Assembly (NCBI GenBank): GCA_017654855.1
Contig: CM030332.1
Coordinates: 7,068,001 to 7,132,000 of the forward strand
DNA: 64,000 nt
Reading direction: 5' to 3'
Source: Podospora anserina
Taxonomy: Eukaryota
The notes under the pieces were generated by a model. That model saw only the letters and a list, made by a program, of their open reading frames with translations. It was not told the origin of the DNA and searched no databases. Position 1 is the first letter of the stretch. Every line of letters begins with the position of its first letter. Of the stretch, positions 62,167 through 64,000 are shown piece by piece. The translations under genes and the position numbers were made by a program.

Positions 62167-62211
62167 GACTGATGGGTGGTGGATTGATGGGTGGTAGACT
62201 GATGGGTGATG
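62167..62211. repeat. Three imperfect copies of a 15-bp minisatellite (gactgatgggtggtg)
   Basis: gactgatgggtggtg / gattgatgggtggta / gactgatgggtgatg. Confidence 0.75.
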
Positions 62212-62598
62212 GAACTGATCAGTAGACCATAGGATGCCCTAAACAGACTAAACAACGGACAGCCAGATTGAGGAGGCAGCATGCTGACAGATAGACTGAT
62301 TGCTCTACACCAACTGCACTCGAGGCAACTTAACTTCAAGAGACACCATGAACCAGACGGTGGGTGACCGGGCTTTCAATGGCCCAAGCACTTCACCATC
62401 AATACACCAAGCCATCCCTCTTAAGGTAGGTAAGATCTCATAATATCCAATTCAGATTTGCATCTCCTATAAAACCAAAAAAAATAAAAAAAAAATTTCA
62501 AACGCAACGCCTCAAATGCACAAAGTTTACAGTCTTGCTTCTCTTCGCTCACCACCACATCATCATTAACTTCTCCCCCCATCACCCCCCTTCTCCAC

Positions 62599-64000
62599 TT
62601 ACAACTTAGCAGCCGCTCTCGCCGGACCAGCAGAGGTGATCTCATTGTACAGCAGGCTCGTCAAGAAATCAGCATAGTCCTCACCGGTGACCTGACCGGA
62701 AAAGTACTGGGCCGCAAGACCATACTTGTTGCCCTGAGGAGCCTTGCTGGCGAGCTCCTGGGTCTGCTCCTTGAGGAGCTTGAGGGCGTACTGCTTGTCG
62801 ACCTTCTTGCCCTCGGCGGTGGTGACGCCGTGGCGCACCCACTGCCAGAGCTGGGAACGGGAAACCTCGGCTGTGGCGGCGTCCTCCCTGTTTTCATCGT
62901 CAGCATCGTGTCTCTTCGTCATGGTATGCAGCGGAGAAATACTCACATCAAGTAGTTAATAGGAACACACCCAACACCCCTAATCCAAGCCTCCATGTAG
63001 CCCAGGCCAATGTTCAGGTTCTTCCTGATACCCGCCTCGGTAATCTGACCAGGCACGTTCATGTTCAACAAGTCATTCTGACCAATCGTGACATCCTCCC
63101 GTCTGACAAACAGCTGGTTGGGAGTGGGCATGTGCTTGTTGAAGATGTCCACCGCGATGCCCGCCAGCGCAGGGTGAGCAACCCAGGTGCCGTCGTGGCC
63201 GGCCTTGACCTCGCGGAGCTTGTCCGCTCTGACACCCTCCATAGCCACCTCGTTGGCCTTGGGGTCGTCCTTGATGGGAATCTGGGCAGCCATGCCACCC
63301 ATGGCGTGGACACCGCGCTTGTGGCAAGTCTGGATGAGGAGCTTGACGTAGGCGTCCATGAAGGGAACGGTCATGGTGACGGCCGACCGATCGGGAAGGA
63401 CAAAGTTGGAGTTTTGACGGAACTTCTTGATCACGGAGAAGATGTAATCCCACCTGCCGCAGTTCAAGCCGGAAGAGTGGTCGCGGAGCTCGTAGATGAT
63501 CTCGTCCATCTCAAAGGCGGCGAGGATGGTCTCGATGAGGACGGTGCCGCGGATGGTGCCTCTGGGCATGCCGATGTAGTCCTGAGCAAGGTTGAAGACA
63601 TCGTTCCAGAGACGGGCCTCAAGGTGAGACTCCATCTTGGGAAGGTAGAAGTAAGGGCCGAAGCCCATCTTGACGGTCTGGAAGGCATTGTGGAAGAAGT
63701 ACAGACCGAAGTCGAAGAGAGAGCCAGACATGGGCTCGCCGTCGACGGTAACGTGCTTCTCCTCCAGATGCCAGCCACGGGGGCGGACAATCAAGGTGGG
63801 GAGCTTCTTATCAGTGCGGAGCTTGTACTCCTTGTTGCCGATCTTGAAGTCGACCTGGCGGCGGTTGGCGTCGTAGAGGTTGACCTGGCCGTTGATCATG
63901 TTGTCCCATGTGGGAGCGCTGGAGTCTGTGAATCACATGTCAGAACCACCGCCCCTCCCTCGATCTCATCTCATTCCCAAAACTCACCCTCAAAATCAGC
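62599..64000 (-). CDS. mls1: Malate synthase (glyoxylate cycle), peroxisomal, 5'-partial; exons >64000-63988, 63925-62947, 62887-62599
   Basis: [50 protein letters not shown] and [18 protein letters not shown] motifs; C-terminal AKL is a PTS1. Confidence 0.96.

Noticed and set aside
1-64000. CRISPR arrays, prokaryotic operons, intact transposons or RIP-degraded AT-rich blocks
   Set aside because: The sequence is eukaryotic with spliceosomal introns. I saw no repeat-spacer arrays, transposase/RT ORFs, LTR/TIR pairs or long AT-rich RIP tracts.

Overview
Eukaryotic, intron-containing DNA from a filamentous ascomycete (Sordariales; gene style suggests Podospora or a close relative, which is an inference). 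I resolved 14 protein-coding gene models by hand with GT-AG introns: NDR kinase dbf2 (5'-truncated), a GPI-anchored CFEM-like protein, GATA factor areA/nit-2, an MSC7-like aldehyde dehydrogenase, a Dnf1/2-type P4-ATPase flippase, an uncharacterised protein with MCB-like promoter boxes, V-ATPase subunit E, a NIPA-like transporter, a candidate 81-aa three-exon microprotein, tetraspanin pls1, MADS-box mcm1, a Ctr copper transporter, an nsdC-like C2H2 factor and malate synthase (5'-truncated). No tRNA, rRNA, CRISPR or intact transposon was recognised. The most striking signal is at the dbf2 UAG stop. It lies in the terminal loop of a predicted extended RNA hairpin and is followed by a 42-codon, protein-like, in-frame extension. 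This matches what is expected of a sexual-stage A-to-I stop-loss editing (UAG to Trp) substrate. The other two UAG-terminated genes also have hairpins at or just after the stop. Several intergenic blocks look like decayed gene remnants or long regulatory regions rich in microsatellites.
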